A stretch of 63,117 nt of DNA, filler included, from Sphacelaria rigidula (lineage: Eukaryota): the NCBI GenBank assembly GCA_964200075.2. It is 9 parts of 9 records of this genome, joined end to end, with 100 filler letters (N's around TTAATTAATTAA, not from the genome) between each part and the next. Parts side by side here need not be neighbours in the genome. Positions count along the whole stretch, not along the records: positions 56,195 to 63,117 come from CAXNAA020017381.1; 8 more parts are not named here. The stretch is one strand, 5' to 3'. The notes under the pieces are model-generated. The model did not search any database, was not told the DNA's origin, and was given only the letters and a program-made list of their open reading frames with translations. The stretch's first letter is position 1, and every line of letters begins with the position of its first letter. A program made the translations under genes and the position numbers. Below, piece by piece: positions 63,025 to 63,117 of the stretch.

Positions 63025-63117
63025 AGGAGTCATCCTACGATAGTGTTTGGTTGCACGAAAAAAGAGGTTCATTAGTGTGTCAGACATCCTTCCACACTTG
63101 CGTTGCGCTTGTTTTTG

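Overview
Repeat-rich eukaryotic DNA with spliceosomal introns. The intron style, poly-G tracts and TE families suggest a brown alga or related stramenopile (inference). The window is not one locus. It is nine contigs of 6925, 6925, 6925, 6924, 6924, 6924, 6924, 6923 and 6923 bp, sorted by length and joined by artificial 100-nt spacers (N44-TTAATTAATTAA-N44), so nothing can be inferred across spacers. Best-supported content: (1) the 3' part of a nucleoporin Nup188-like gene (7 phase-consistent exons, minus strand, 29538-34216) with an apparent Tudor/SH3-like insertion; (2) two exons of a beta-propeller-like gene (36252-39367); (3) a two-LTR but internally deleted Ty1/copia element (8484-12935) whose primer-binding site (PBS) is of the half-tRNA-iMet type; (4) a degenerate Ty3/gypsy pol (56195-58068); (5) a LINE RT remnant; (6) many small dispersed repeats. 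These include a ~97-bp TTAA-flanked piggyBac-type MITE nested in a TTA-flanked foldback element, a family anchored on poly(G)/poly(C), a family ending in telomere-like hexamers, and tRNA-like Pol III heads. I found no convincing multi-gene novel system. The most promising leads are the Nup188 insertion and the small repeat families.
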